Shown in pieces: positions 52,592 to 61,272 of a stretch of DNA of 64,000 nucleotides (the first letter of the stretch is position 1; the number at the start of each line of letters is the position of its first letter). The DNA comes from Promethearchaeota archaeon Loki_b31 (GTDB lineage: Archaea; Asgardarchaeota; Lokiarchaeia; Sigyniarchaeales; SOKP01). The DNA lies in NCBI GenBank assembly GCA_005222975.1, contig NJBI01000001.1, positions 91,531 to 155,530 of the forward strand, given 5' to 3'. The notes under the pieces were generated by a model, which was given only the letters and a program-made list of their open reading frames with translations, had not been told where the DNA came from and ran no database searches. The translations under genes were made by a program, and so were the position numbers.

Positions 52592-53812
52592 ATGGCTGAT
52601 TTAGAAAAACTAATTATAGATAAAATAGATAACTTAATGGATGAGATTATTGCATTTCATCAAAAAATAGTGCAGATTCCCTCAGAAAATCCGCCTTCGA
52701 AGTACAAAGAGGTAGCTAAATTTACAGAGAATAAAATGAAAGAAATTGGGTTGAAAACCCAAATTAAAAGAAATAATGTTGTAGGAGAACTGGAAGGAGG
52801 AGAAGGCAAGGCTTTAATTTTTTACGGTCATTACGATACTGTTGAAGCGTTTAAAGGATGGACGCACGATCCTTTCGGTGGAGAAATAATTGACGGCAAA
52901 ATATATGGACGCGGAGCTTCTGACGATAAATCCTCTGTAACTGCGGAGTTGTTCGCCACTCAAGCGTTAATAGAAGCAGGAATTAAACTAAAAGGAAAAT
53001 TGATTCTTACCGCTGTAGGTGACGAGGAAACGGGAGGCCTACGAGGGATAGAATATCTGCTCAGTAACGAAATCGTAAAAGGGGACGCGTGTTTGCTAGG
53101 GGATGCACCTTGCGATTATCCTTTTGGATACACTGGTGGGACGATGTATGTTACATTTACAATTAAAGGAAAGCAAGCCCACGGTTTAAGCGCTCCAGAT
53201 TTGCCCGTACCTTACCGAAACGAACAATCGGGCGTTAATACTATTGAAAGAATGGTTAAAATCATGAATTTCTTGTTGGAGTTAAATAAAGAATTCGTAG
53301 AGAAAAAAACAAAATATCCATTAATGGACGATTGTACTACATATGTCAGCAACATAAACCTAGCAGAAATTCACGGGGGAAATAAGATAACTACCGTGCC
53401 TGATAGATGTTACTTACATTGCAGCGTAAACACGATCCCAGAACAAGATATTGAAAGCATAAAGAAACGAATATTAGATTTCGTGGAAGAATATAAAAAA
53501 CAAGATCCCGATTTAGATATTTCAGTACAAATTCCGATTTCAATGGAACCTTTCGTGATCGACGATACATCTGACTTTGCAAAAGCTGTAAAGAAATCAG
53601 CTGAAGGTGTTTACAAAGAAGAAAGAGAGTTCAAATTGTTCATGCCTTCAACTGACGCTCATTGGTTCCAAGAAAGGGAGATCGACACGATCTTAGTCGG
53701 CGCTTCAGCTATGGATAATAATTGGCATGCAGCTAACGAATTCGTTTATATCGACGACCTGATTAAAACTACTAAATTATATGCTTTAACAGCGTTAAAT
53801 TATCTGAAATAA
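52592..53812 (+). CDS. M20 family (ArgE/DapE-like) peptidase/deacylase, paralog 2
   Basis: GHYDTV, GRGASDDK, DEETGG, HAANE; tandem paralog of the previous gene. Confidence 0.9.
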   Translation: MADLEKLIIDKIDNLMDEIIAFHQKIVQIPSENPPSKYKEVAKFTENKMKEIGLKTQIKRNNVVGELEGGEGKALIFYGHYDTVEAFKGWTHDPFGGEIIDGKIYGRGASDDKSSVTAELFATQALIEAGIKLKGKLILTAVGDEETGGLRGIEYLLSNEIVKGDACLLGDAPCDYPFGYTGGTMYVTFTIKGKQAHGLSAPDLPVPYRNEQSGVNTIERMVKIMNFLLELNKEFVEKKTKYPLMDDCTTYVSNINLAEIHGGNKITTVPDRCYLHCSVNTIPEQDIESIKKRILDFVEEYKKQDPDLDISVQIPISMEPFVIDDTSDFAKAVKKSAEGVYKEEREFKLFMPSTDAHWFQEREIDTILVGASAMDNNWHAANEFVYIDDLIKTTKLYALTALNYLK

Positions 53813-53814
53813 CA

Positions 53815-54501
53815 TTATTTTATAATTTCTTTTATTTTTTGCATTATACAAAAAACTGATTGAAAACTTTTAGGACTGAATTTGACCATATCTATCTCAT
53901 TTTGATGAATATTTAACACTTCAAGAGCGTCTGGATCGTTACTATATTTTTTATATAATTCTTTGATTTTAATCTCAAGTGGACTATAATATTCTTCCCA
54001 CCAAGCTTCCTCTGGCAAAGAAAAGTGTTCAATTAATTTATAACCACAACTAGCAATTATATGACGTTTTTCGAAAAAGTGCTTAATTTCGTCATGAATT
54101 ACCAAGAAACCCTTAGGTTTAAGTAGCCTATTCCATCCTCTTAGACTTTTTTCAACGCCTAGCGTTGTTATTGATCCCTCAGCCCAAATGATATCAAAAC
54201 TATTGTCTGGAAATTTAATATCTAGTAATGAGCATTTAATAGCCTTTACTCTATTGGTTAAGCCTTCTTGTTCAATTTTTCTACTTAGTTTGTCCAAATG
54301 ATCTTGATCAATATCGATTCCTAATATTTCACCATCACTTAATTTTGCTAATTCCATGGTGGGAACTCCGGAACCACAACCAATGTCTAATATCCGGGGG
54401 TTCTCCAATTTTGGAAGTTTTTGAAAGGCTTCTATGGTGTACTTACTGAATACTTTTCTAAAGTGATCTAAATCAAGCTCATTTAACATTTCTTCAGTCA
54501 A
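53815..54501 (-). CDS. Class I SAM-dependent methyltransferase
   Basis: ILDIGCGSG, SFDIIWAEGS, LLKPKG. Confidence 0.9.
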   Translation of the reverse strand: MTEEMLNELDLDHFRKVFSKYTIEAFQKLPKLENPRILDIGCGSGVPTMELAKLSDGEILGIDIDQDHLDKLSRKIEQEGLTNRVKAIKCSLLDIKFPDNSFDIIWAEGSITTLGVEKSLRGWNRLLKPKGFLVIHDEIKHFFEKRHIIASCGYKLIEHFSLPEEAWWEEYYSPLEIKIKELYKKYSNDPDALEVLNIHQNEIDMVKFSPKSFQSVFCIMQKIKEIIK

Positions 54502-54590
54502 GAGTTATTTACCCATTGCAATTATAAGTAACTTACTCATTTAAATGTCAAGGATAAAAGTTAGAATAAAATTAAAGTTTAAGATTGCAC

Positions 54591-55058
54591 TTAATCAAGT
54601 TGTTTTTTACTGCTTAGGTTTTCTTTTAAATTAGTTAGCGCACCTGACCACGCTTTTTCAAAATAATCACGAGCTTTTTGCCACTTGGGATCATCTCTCC
54701 AACCAGAGTGGAAGAGAAAAAGAGTGGTTTTTTTCGGATCATCAGAACTAGAGGAAAAAACGACTACTACATGTGTCAAAGGATCACAGAAATTCATAAA
54801 AGATTGAAACCTTTCTGGACCTTTCCATTCGAATGATAGAAATTTATCTTTTTCAATGCTGGTAATCTTGCAACCTATTGTACTATTAATTTCCCGATTC
54901 TGGGGGTCCCAAAATAGCTCGTATTTTCCTCCAACTTTAGGTTCAACCTCGGCTTTCTCAGGCAGCCACGATTCTAATTTCTCGTTAACTGTGAACAAAT
55001 TGAAAGCTTGATTAACACCACAGTTTAATTCTATTTCAATCTGAATAATTTTTTGCAT
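54591..55058 (-). CDS. SRPBCC / Aha1-like domain protein
   Basis: F..FT..E.L..W, EPKVGGKY, LSFEW, L.HSGW, W...L.NLK. Confidence 0.85.
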   Translation of the reverse strand: MQKIIQIEIELNCGVNQAFNLFTVNEKLESWLPEKAEVEPKVGGKYELFWDPQNREINSTIGCKITSIEKDKFLSFEWKGPERFQSFMNFCDPLTHVVVVFSSSSDDPKKTTLFLFHSGWRDDPKWQKARDYFEKAWSGALTNLKENLSSKKQLD

Positions 55059-55113
55059 GATTACTACAATTAAAGTAGGTTAGTTATATAAAAATAAGTT
55101 TATTTTTAATATT

Positions 55114-55779
55114 TTAATAAATAAACGGTATCAGTTTTTTGCTTTTCTTTTTGTAATTAGTGAATTCTTCTCCAAAAGTCTCATAAAGAAGTCTTTCTTC
55201 TTCATTTATTCTCATTTTAAACACGATAAAATAGAAAATCGAAACGAATAAAAGCGTTATTATACTTCTAAAGACTAAACCGAACCCAATAACAGCTAAT
55301 AATGACCCAGAATACATTGGATTCCGAATATGTTTGTAAACCCCTTCGGTATAAAGTTCGTGGTCCTCCTCCGTTATTAATTCACCTGAACCGAACTTGC
55401 CAAGCTGTACTCGTCCTACAATAACTAAGATACCTGCTGAGAGATAAATAACGAATCCAATATAACTAACAATATAATTATCCCAGAATGGTAGTATCGA
55501 TGATATTAGTAGCATATTCTCATAAAAAGCAGCAATTAATAAGAATGGTGATGACATAAACATCAATAATATTAAGAAATCATATATTTTTGAAGGATTT
55601 CTCTCTTTCGTTAGAGGGCGTATCAATGTATCTGCAAAAGCAGTTATATAATTCGTTAATAAATATAAAACGTAAATGGATACTGTATAAATTTCTGGAA
55701 CAAGTAGAATATAGAATATATTTGGATAAATAATTTGAAGTATTACAAATAATATGATTTTTTTACTAATATCTTTCAT
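55114..55779 (-). CDS. Isoprenylcysteine carboxyl methyltransferase (ICMT/PEMT) family membrane protein
   Basis: L.TEGVYKHIRNPMYSG, RINEEE..L...FGEEF..Y, LIPFIY. Confidence 0.88.
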   Translation of the reverse strand: MKDISKKIILFVILQIIYPNIFYILLVPEIYTVSIYVLYLLTNYITAFADTLIRPLTKERNPSKIYDFLILLMFMSSPFLLIAAFYENMLLISSILPFWDNYIVSYIGFVIYLSAGILVIVGRVQLGKFGSGELITEEDHELYTEGVYKHIRNPMYSGSLLAVIGFGLVFRSIITLLFVSIFYFIVFKMRINEEERLLYETFGEEFTNYKKKSKKLIPFIY

Positions 55780-55873
55780 CTTTATTCTTTCCTTATAATA
55801 CAATTGTAATTTACTGATCTTTATAGAGAAACTAAAGAATAAAAATTATTTTAAAAATAAAAATTACTATAAA

Positions 55874-56650
55874 TTAGGTTTCCTCTTCTTCCTCGCTAAA
55901 TTCCTTGCCTAACAAGCGCATAACGGCATCTGCGAGTTTGTTTTGACTTCGACTCATAATACCTTTAATTTTTCCTTCTTTTCCAAGCACTCGCAAATTT
56001 ATAGCGTTCCAAACGGACGATGGTTCTCCTTTTACTTTCTTGAATCTATCGCGATAAACCTTTACGCTAATATTTTCGTAGTTCTTTGAGGCTTCTGTAC
56101 ATTTAAAACATAGAATACACTTATCAATGTCTACAACTACTTCCTTTCCTTCCCGAGACATAGCGCCAACAGCACATTCTTCCGCGAATGCGTCAATAAC
56201 TTTGTTATCTTTTTCTTCGCAAGTAATTGTAATAGAACCGTCTACTACCTTGCGAACCTTCTGACCGTTCTCTAAAGTGCGAACCTCTTCCTCAAATTCT
56301 GGAAGAGAACCGTTTTCGACCAATAATATCTTGTTTTCTCCGTTTATAATTAGTTCCAAAGTGTATCCAGGGCAGATCCAAGTGCAACTTCCGCACCAGA
56401 TGCATTTCTCTACGTCAACTACGATTTTTTTGTCAGATTCTACCCTCATTTCTTCTGGCGTTCCGATTGCCGTCTTTTTTAAAGGCTCGTCGTAAATTGA
56501 AATGGTTACGGGACAAACTCGGTGACAAAAACCACACTCAAGACACTTGCTTTCGTCGTATTTTAGAATCATTTCGTGGTTTAACATTTTATAAATGTAA
56601 TGAGTAATATTTGTATCAATCTCGATTGCTTTTTTAGCTGGTAACGACAT
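55874..56650 (-). CDS. Polyferredoxin-like 4Fe-4S protein
   Basis: CLECGFCHRVCP, CIWCGSCTWICP, plus degenerate ECAVGAM / CILCFKC. Confidence 0.85.
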   Translation of the reverse strand: MSLPAKKAIEIDTNITHYIYKMLNHEMILKYDESKCLECGFCHRVCPVTISIYDEPLKKTAIGTPEEMRVESDKKIVVDVEKCIWCGSCTWICPGYTLELIINGENKILLVENGSLPEFEEEVRTLENGQKVRKVVDGSITITCEEKDNKVIDAFAEECAVGAMSREGKEVVVDIDKCILCFKCTEASKNYENISVKVYRDRFKKVKGEPSSVWNAINLRVLGKEGKIKGIMSRSQNKLADAVMRLLGKEFSEEEEET

Positions 56651-56724
56651 AATTCTTCACATCTATTTTTCTTTATTATTAATTAAAAATATTATTTTTT
56701 TTGTATTTTTAATAATTATGTTTT

Positions 56725-57864
56725 TTATAACTCCATTTCGCTTATTGCTTTCCCAGATCTAAAGGGTATATCTTCCAAGCTCTCACCAGCATTGTAACCG
56801 AACTTTTCTTTAAATGAGTCGTTTAGCGATTGAAAGTACAGAGATAACGGTAAATGCGTTGGGCAATTATTATCACAGTTGCCGCATTCTACGCACCGGT
56901 CAGCAACGTGGGCAATTCGAGTTAATTGATACGTCTCTTTATTAATAGTTTTTGCTTTTCGCTTCTTCGTTAGAATACAGTCAACGCAGTAACAAACAGG
57001 GCACCCTCTAATGCACATTCCACACATAGTACATGCTTGTAGTTTAATCATCTTTTCCTCTTGAGAAAGCTTATCCCATTCTTCTAAATCCTTGGCTCTT
57101 TTTGCTAGGGCTATTTCTCTGATTTCTTTAAGCTTTTCTGCGTCTTTTGTTTTCATGTCATCAGGTAATGGCTTCTTGTTAATTTTAGATTTTTCTACAA
57201 GTTCTTCCCCTTTAGTAGAATATACTTTAAGGATAATTTCGTCAGAATCGATAGGCAATATTAGATCACTAATTCCCAAATCAGCTACAACCGGAACTTT
57301 TCTAACACAGCGCGTACAATTTTCTGCTATGTCTAAACCTACTTCTTTAGTGCTTCCATCTTCAAATTTAAGAATTAACCCTTTGTCTCCGATCTTTTCC
57401 TTAACCACTTTAGTCGGATCAATATCGTTCATCTTCTTTATCTGGCGAGAGACGTTTATAACCATTCCTCTATCTTCAAAAGCAATGATAAAAAGATTAT
57501 CTAAATTGACCTGTCTAATTTTTACTAACTCAATTATCCCCCTGGTATCGCAAGGGCGAGCAATAAGTCCTACTTTTTCTTTCAATGCTCCGTTAACTGA
57601 TTTATGCAAAAACTTCGCAGCTGAATCTGTTCTAGCGTACCCATATGCAATTAGGTTAGTTAAGGGAAAACCCGAAATATCTTCTGGTTTCTCGTAGAGT
57701 TCTGGAGAAATAGTAAATCTATCCTCTTTCTGAGTTTTTTTATCTACCCTTACCTTTGCCCCAATTATTTTGCTAACAACCTTTTCCTTTAATAACGTTG
57801 TTAGTAATTTAGGAAAATCTTCAATCTTTATTAGATATTCGTCTATAGTATCCATGATTTCCAA
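56725..57864 (-). CDS. F420-interacting FdhB/FrhB-family subunit
   Basis: RPCD.R, NCTRC, CTMCGMCIRGCPVCYC..C, RIAHVADRCVECGNCDNNCP (FdhB-type). Confidence 0.85.
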   Translation of the reverse strand: MEIMDTIDEYLIKIEDFPKLLTTLLKEKVVSKIIGAKVRVDKKTQKEDRFTISPELYEKPEDISGFPLTNLIAYGYARTDSAAKFLHKSVNGALKEKVGLIARPCDTRGIIELVKIRQVNLDNLFIIAFEDRGMVINVSRQIKKMNDIDPTKVVKEKIGDKGLILKFEDGSTKEVGLDIAENCTRCVRKVPVVADLGISDLILPIDSDEIILKVYSTKGEELVEKSKINKKPLPDDMKTKDAEKLKEIREIALAKRAKDLEEWDKLSQEEKMIKLQACTMCGMCIRGCPVCYCVDCILTKKRKAKTINKETYQLTRIAHVADRCVECGNCDNNCPTHLPLSLYFQSLNDSFKEKFGYNAGESLEDIPFRSGKAISEMEL

Positions 57865-57961
57865 CTCAAAACTGTATATTTATTTTCTTGTTTTTGATTT
57901 AATTTTTTTAATAAAATTTTAAACTTTTTTTTGATATATTAATTTTTATAACATTTTTTTA

Positions 57962-58034
57962 ATGTGTTATATGGTGCTCCCATTTCTTCAGCTGAGTTCT
58001 CGTTTTTTTAACTCAGCCTCATTAGCTAACACAT
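57962..58034 (-). ncRNA. Eukaryote-like SECIS element (cis-acting RNA) 3' of mvhD
   Basis: Minus strand reads AUGUGUUA-GCUA-AUGA-G-GCUGAGUU-AAAAAAACGAG-AACUCAGC-UGA-A...-UAACACAU: lower helix, AUGA/GA core, 8-bp upper stem, A-rich apical loop. Starts immediately after the mvhD TAA. Confidence 0.88.
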
Positions 58035-58469
58035 TTATTTTTTTGAGGAGTTTTTATTTTTTTTACGTAATGGGTTCGGTCCAAGTTTCCGTATTTCTTC
58101 ATCAAAAGAACTTGCTACTTCCCGATATTTCGAACCTTCTGCTGAACTGCAATATTCCATTTTTATTCTATTTGGGTTAAGTCCAACGGTTTTAAGCACT
58201 TCTTTTAGATAAGCGATTGATCTATGTGCAAAATAGTTACCTTTTTCATAATCACATTCTCCTGGGTATCATCCAACAACGAGTATTCCGTCAGCACCTC
58301 TCCCAAAACCTCTCATGATTACGTCCGCTCCAACACGGCCTGTGCATGGAACTAAAACGGTCCTTAAAGAAGTGGGGTATTGAGCCCTAATAGTTCCCGC
58401 CATATCAGCTGCACCATAGCCTCATTTTAAACATAAAAAGGATAAAATTTTTACATCGTCGTCTTTCAT
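58035..58469 (-). CDS. mvhD: MvhD/VhuD [2Fe-2S] subunit, selenoprotein (2 Sec); missing from ORF track
   Basis: MKDDDVKILSFLCLK-U-GYGAADMAG...VPCTGRV...GADGILVVG-U-YPGECDYEKGN...CSSAEG...LGPNP. TGA at 58422-58424 and 58269-58271; 144 aa; GAGGT RBS. Confidence 0.93.
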
Positions 58470-58482
58470 TTTAATTACCTCT

Positions 58483-60444
58483 TTAATCCTCAATTGGCAA
58501 TAATTCGTCAATATAAACTGAATATTGAACGTCTTTGTAATGCGCTAAGTCTATTGCTTTAGAAGGACATATGGCAGTGCAAATTCCACAACCTCTGCAA
58601 CTTATTACGTCTACAACAATCGTTCCTTCATCATTAATAGAAATTGCATTGTATGGACAAGCATCAATACATTTATAGCATTTTGCACATCTTTCGTCTA
58701 TTGGTTGAGCACGTATTAATTCAATAACGTATTCTCTTTGTCCCATTGGAATGCCTGCTGAAGATGCTGCTCCTTTAGCCTGGCTTACTGTTAGATCAAT
58801 CGATTTTTGACCTTGACAAGAACCAGCTAAGTAAATACCTGGAACTTTCGTCTTGATTGGTTCTAAACGTGGATGAACTTCTTTTAGGAACCCATCTGAT
58901 GTTTTCTCGATATTCATTACAGCAGCAATTTCATTTGTGCCTTGAGAAGGTAGCGATGCCGATGATAAAATAACCATATGAACTTCCAGTTTTACTAGTG
59001 TATCGGTTCCAACAGGTTCAAATTGAACGATAAGATTCTGTGTTAATGGATCTTCTTCTATACTTCCTACCATCCCTTTAACAAAAAGAATTCCTGCATC
59101 TCTGGCTCTTTTATAATACTCTTCATACATCTTCCCCGCACATCTCATATCTATATAACATACTGTAATTTCGGAATCGGGGTATTCTGAGATTATAAGT
59201 TTGGAATTCTTAACAGATAAATTACAGCAAACTACGCTACAATATTCATTCTTTTTTAAATCTCGTGATCCTACGCAGTTAATGAATAATATTTTCTTTG
59301 GACGTTTTCCATCTGAGGGCCGTACCAAATGACCGAACATAGGACCATTTGGAGCAAGGATTCTCTCTAATTGGATCTGTGTGATTACATTCTCGTATTT
59401 TCCGTACCCATAATCGTCTTCTTGATATATGTCCCATCCTGTTGCCACAATTATAGTTCCTATTTCAAGTTCTACTATTTCGTCTTGTTGGCTAAAGTCA
59501 ATTGCTTCCAAATCACAAGAATCGACACATGCAAAGCATTCTACACACGATTCTCTTGCAATGTCGTAAACTGCCGGAACTGCTTGAGCAAATGAAATAT
59601 CGATGCACTTCCGAGCTGACAGATTTTCATCAAAATAATTAGGAATGTATATAGGACATACATCTGTACACGCGCCACAGCCAGTACATTCGCTTTCAAT
59701 TACAAATCGAGCTCTTCTTTTTACTTGAACTCGAAAATTACCTATATATCCTTCGACTTTTTCTACTTCACTATAAGTAAGCATTTCTATATTTGGATGG
59801 CGATCAGCTTCTAACATCTTTGGGCCCAATATTCAGATACTGCAATCGTCTGTCGGAAATGTTCGATCTAATTGACTCATACGACCACCGATGGTAGTTT
59901 TCTTTTCAACTAAATAAACTTTATATCCCGCATCTCCCAAATCAATTGCAGCACTTAAGCCAGCAATCCCTCCACCAATAACCAAACATGTAGGATTTAC
60001 ATCAACTGTTTTTGTAGGTATTTCTTCCAGAAATTGCGATCTTGAAATCCCTGCTTTTACTAATTCTATTGCTTTAAGTGTAGCGTCATCTCTTACTTCC
60101 ATTGCTTGATGAACATAACTACAATGTTCTCTAATGTTTACAAATTCCAAATATCTCTGTGGTAATCCTGCTTCTTTTAAAATAGCGTGAAATACTGGTT
60201 CATGTGTTATTGGAGTTCAAGCAGCCATGATAATTCTGTCAAAGCCTTTCTCGTCTATTTGTTCTTTCATAAATTCAGCTCCTCCAGACGTACACAAATT
60301 TAAATACTCGTAAGCGCAAACATTATCGAGTTGATCAATTTCTTCTACAATTTTAGGCACATCTAAAATGCCTCCAATATTAACTCCTCATCTACATATA
60401 AATGCTCCGATTTTGTGTTTACTATTGGTCTGTTCTTCAGACAA
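58483..60444 (-). CDS. hdrA: Heterodisulfide reductase subunit A, selenoprotein (3 Sec); split in the ORF track
   Basis: One frame from TTG 60444: IGAFICR-U-GVNIGG (60388-90), IIMAA-U-TP (60217-19), TFPTDDCSI-U-ILGP (59833-35), with GGGIAG, CVGSRD and ferredoxin motifs; 653 aa. Confidence 0.94.
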
Positions 60445-60713
60445 TTTTTCCACCTTTTATATTTGTATCCTCCTAATTTTAAAGGTTTATCCTTATAACG
60501 AATTGTATTAATTGTATTTGATTAAATAATTATGATCATTCAAATGGTTCTTTATATTAAAGTTCAATTATTATTAAAGTCCATTCATTAAATTCAAAAA
60601 TGTGATACTATCTAAGCTTTATAAATCCTCTGAAGGAAAATAATTTAAATCCAATTTAAAGTAATTAAAATGAGCGAAATAAAAAAATAATATAAATAAG
60701 ATAAAAAATTAAG

Positions 60714-61268
60714 TTATTTGCTACTAAATTCTGAAACATCGCCAAATAAGCGCTTTACAGCGTCAATTCGGGTCTCTTCGCCAATTTGTTCTACATTTTT
60801 CAAACTTATGGCTTCTTTAGGGCAAACTATTATGCATTGAGGCTCCTTTTTACCGCCTTCCTCGACAAATTCGTCTTTCATATTTTCGCAAAGGTCGCAA
60901 ACAAGCGCTTTTTGGCTTATTATGTGCATTGTCATCGCTCCAAATTCACAAGCTCTGCAACAGTAACCGCATCCATTGCACTTATCGTCGTCTACAATGA
61001 TAGAACCCGTTTCAGGGTCCTTTTCCAAAGCTTTTTCAGGACAACTTCGAATGCATGGTGCCTCCTCACATTTCTGGCAAGCCAGAGAAATGTTAAATAC
61101 TGGTTCGATTCGAACTCTGTGGATTCGGGTGTTAATTGGGTTAAATTCGCCGTCGTGGACAAAAGAGCAAACGCTTTCGCAAGTTTCGCAGCCAGTGCAG
61201 AGTTTCGGATCTACAACTATGAATTGATGAATAACACCGCCTCTTTTCTTAGTTCTAATAGTTGACAT
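60714..61268 (-). CDS. 4Fe-4S dicluster protein (DmsB/CooF-like AOR partner)
   Basis: CTGCETCESVC, CQKCEEAPCIRSCP, CNGCGYCCRAC, CDLC...CIIVCP; starts 4 nt after the AOR stop. Confidence 0.9.
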   Translation of the reverse strand: MSTIRTKKRGGVIHQFIVVDPKLCTGCETCESVCSFVHDGEFNPINTRIHRVRIEPVFNISLACQKCEEAPCIRSCPEKALEKDPETGSIIVDDDKCNGCGYCCRACEFGAMTMHIISQKALVCDLCENMKDEFVEEGGKKEPQCIIVCPKEAISLKNVEQIGEETRIDAVKRLFGDVSEFSSK

Positions 61269-61272
61269 TCTT

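Noticed and set aside
57962-58180. Plus-strand 72-aa ORF
   Set aside because: It is antisense to the mvhD 3' end and the SECIS; a shadow ORF.
58035-60444. hdrA/mvhD as pseudogenes, or hdrA as separate ORFs 59833-60150 and 58483-59829
   Set aside because: All five interruptions are TGA, in frame and at conserved Cys sites, with no frameshifts and a SECIS present. This indicates selenocysteine.
60535-60592. Possible second SECIS-like hairpin upstream of hdrA (AUGA-AUGG.CUUUA...UAAAG..CCAU-UUGA on the minus strand)
   Set aside because: The stem is weak and AU-rich and the GA core is out of register. Not supported without folding or covariation analysis.
1185-61265. Many short overlapping ORFs in the track (e.g. 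1185-1367, 3137-3385, 42600-43115, 45333-45731, 50695-51066, 57092-57697, 60786-61265)
   Set aside because: They are antisense or alternate-frame shadows of well-supported genes and have no recognisable motifs.
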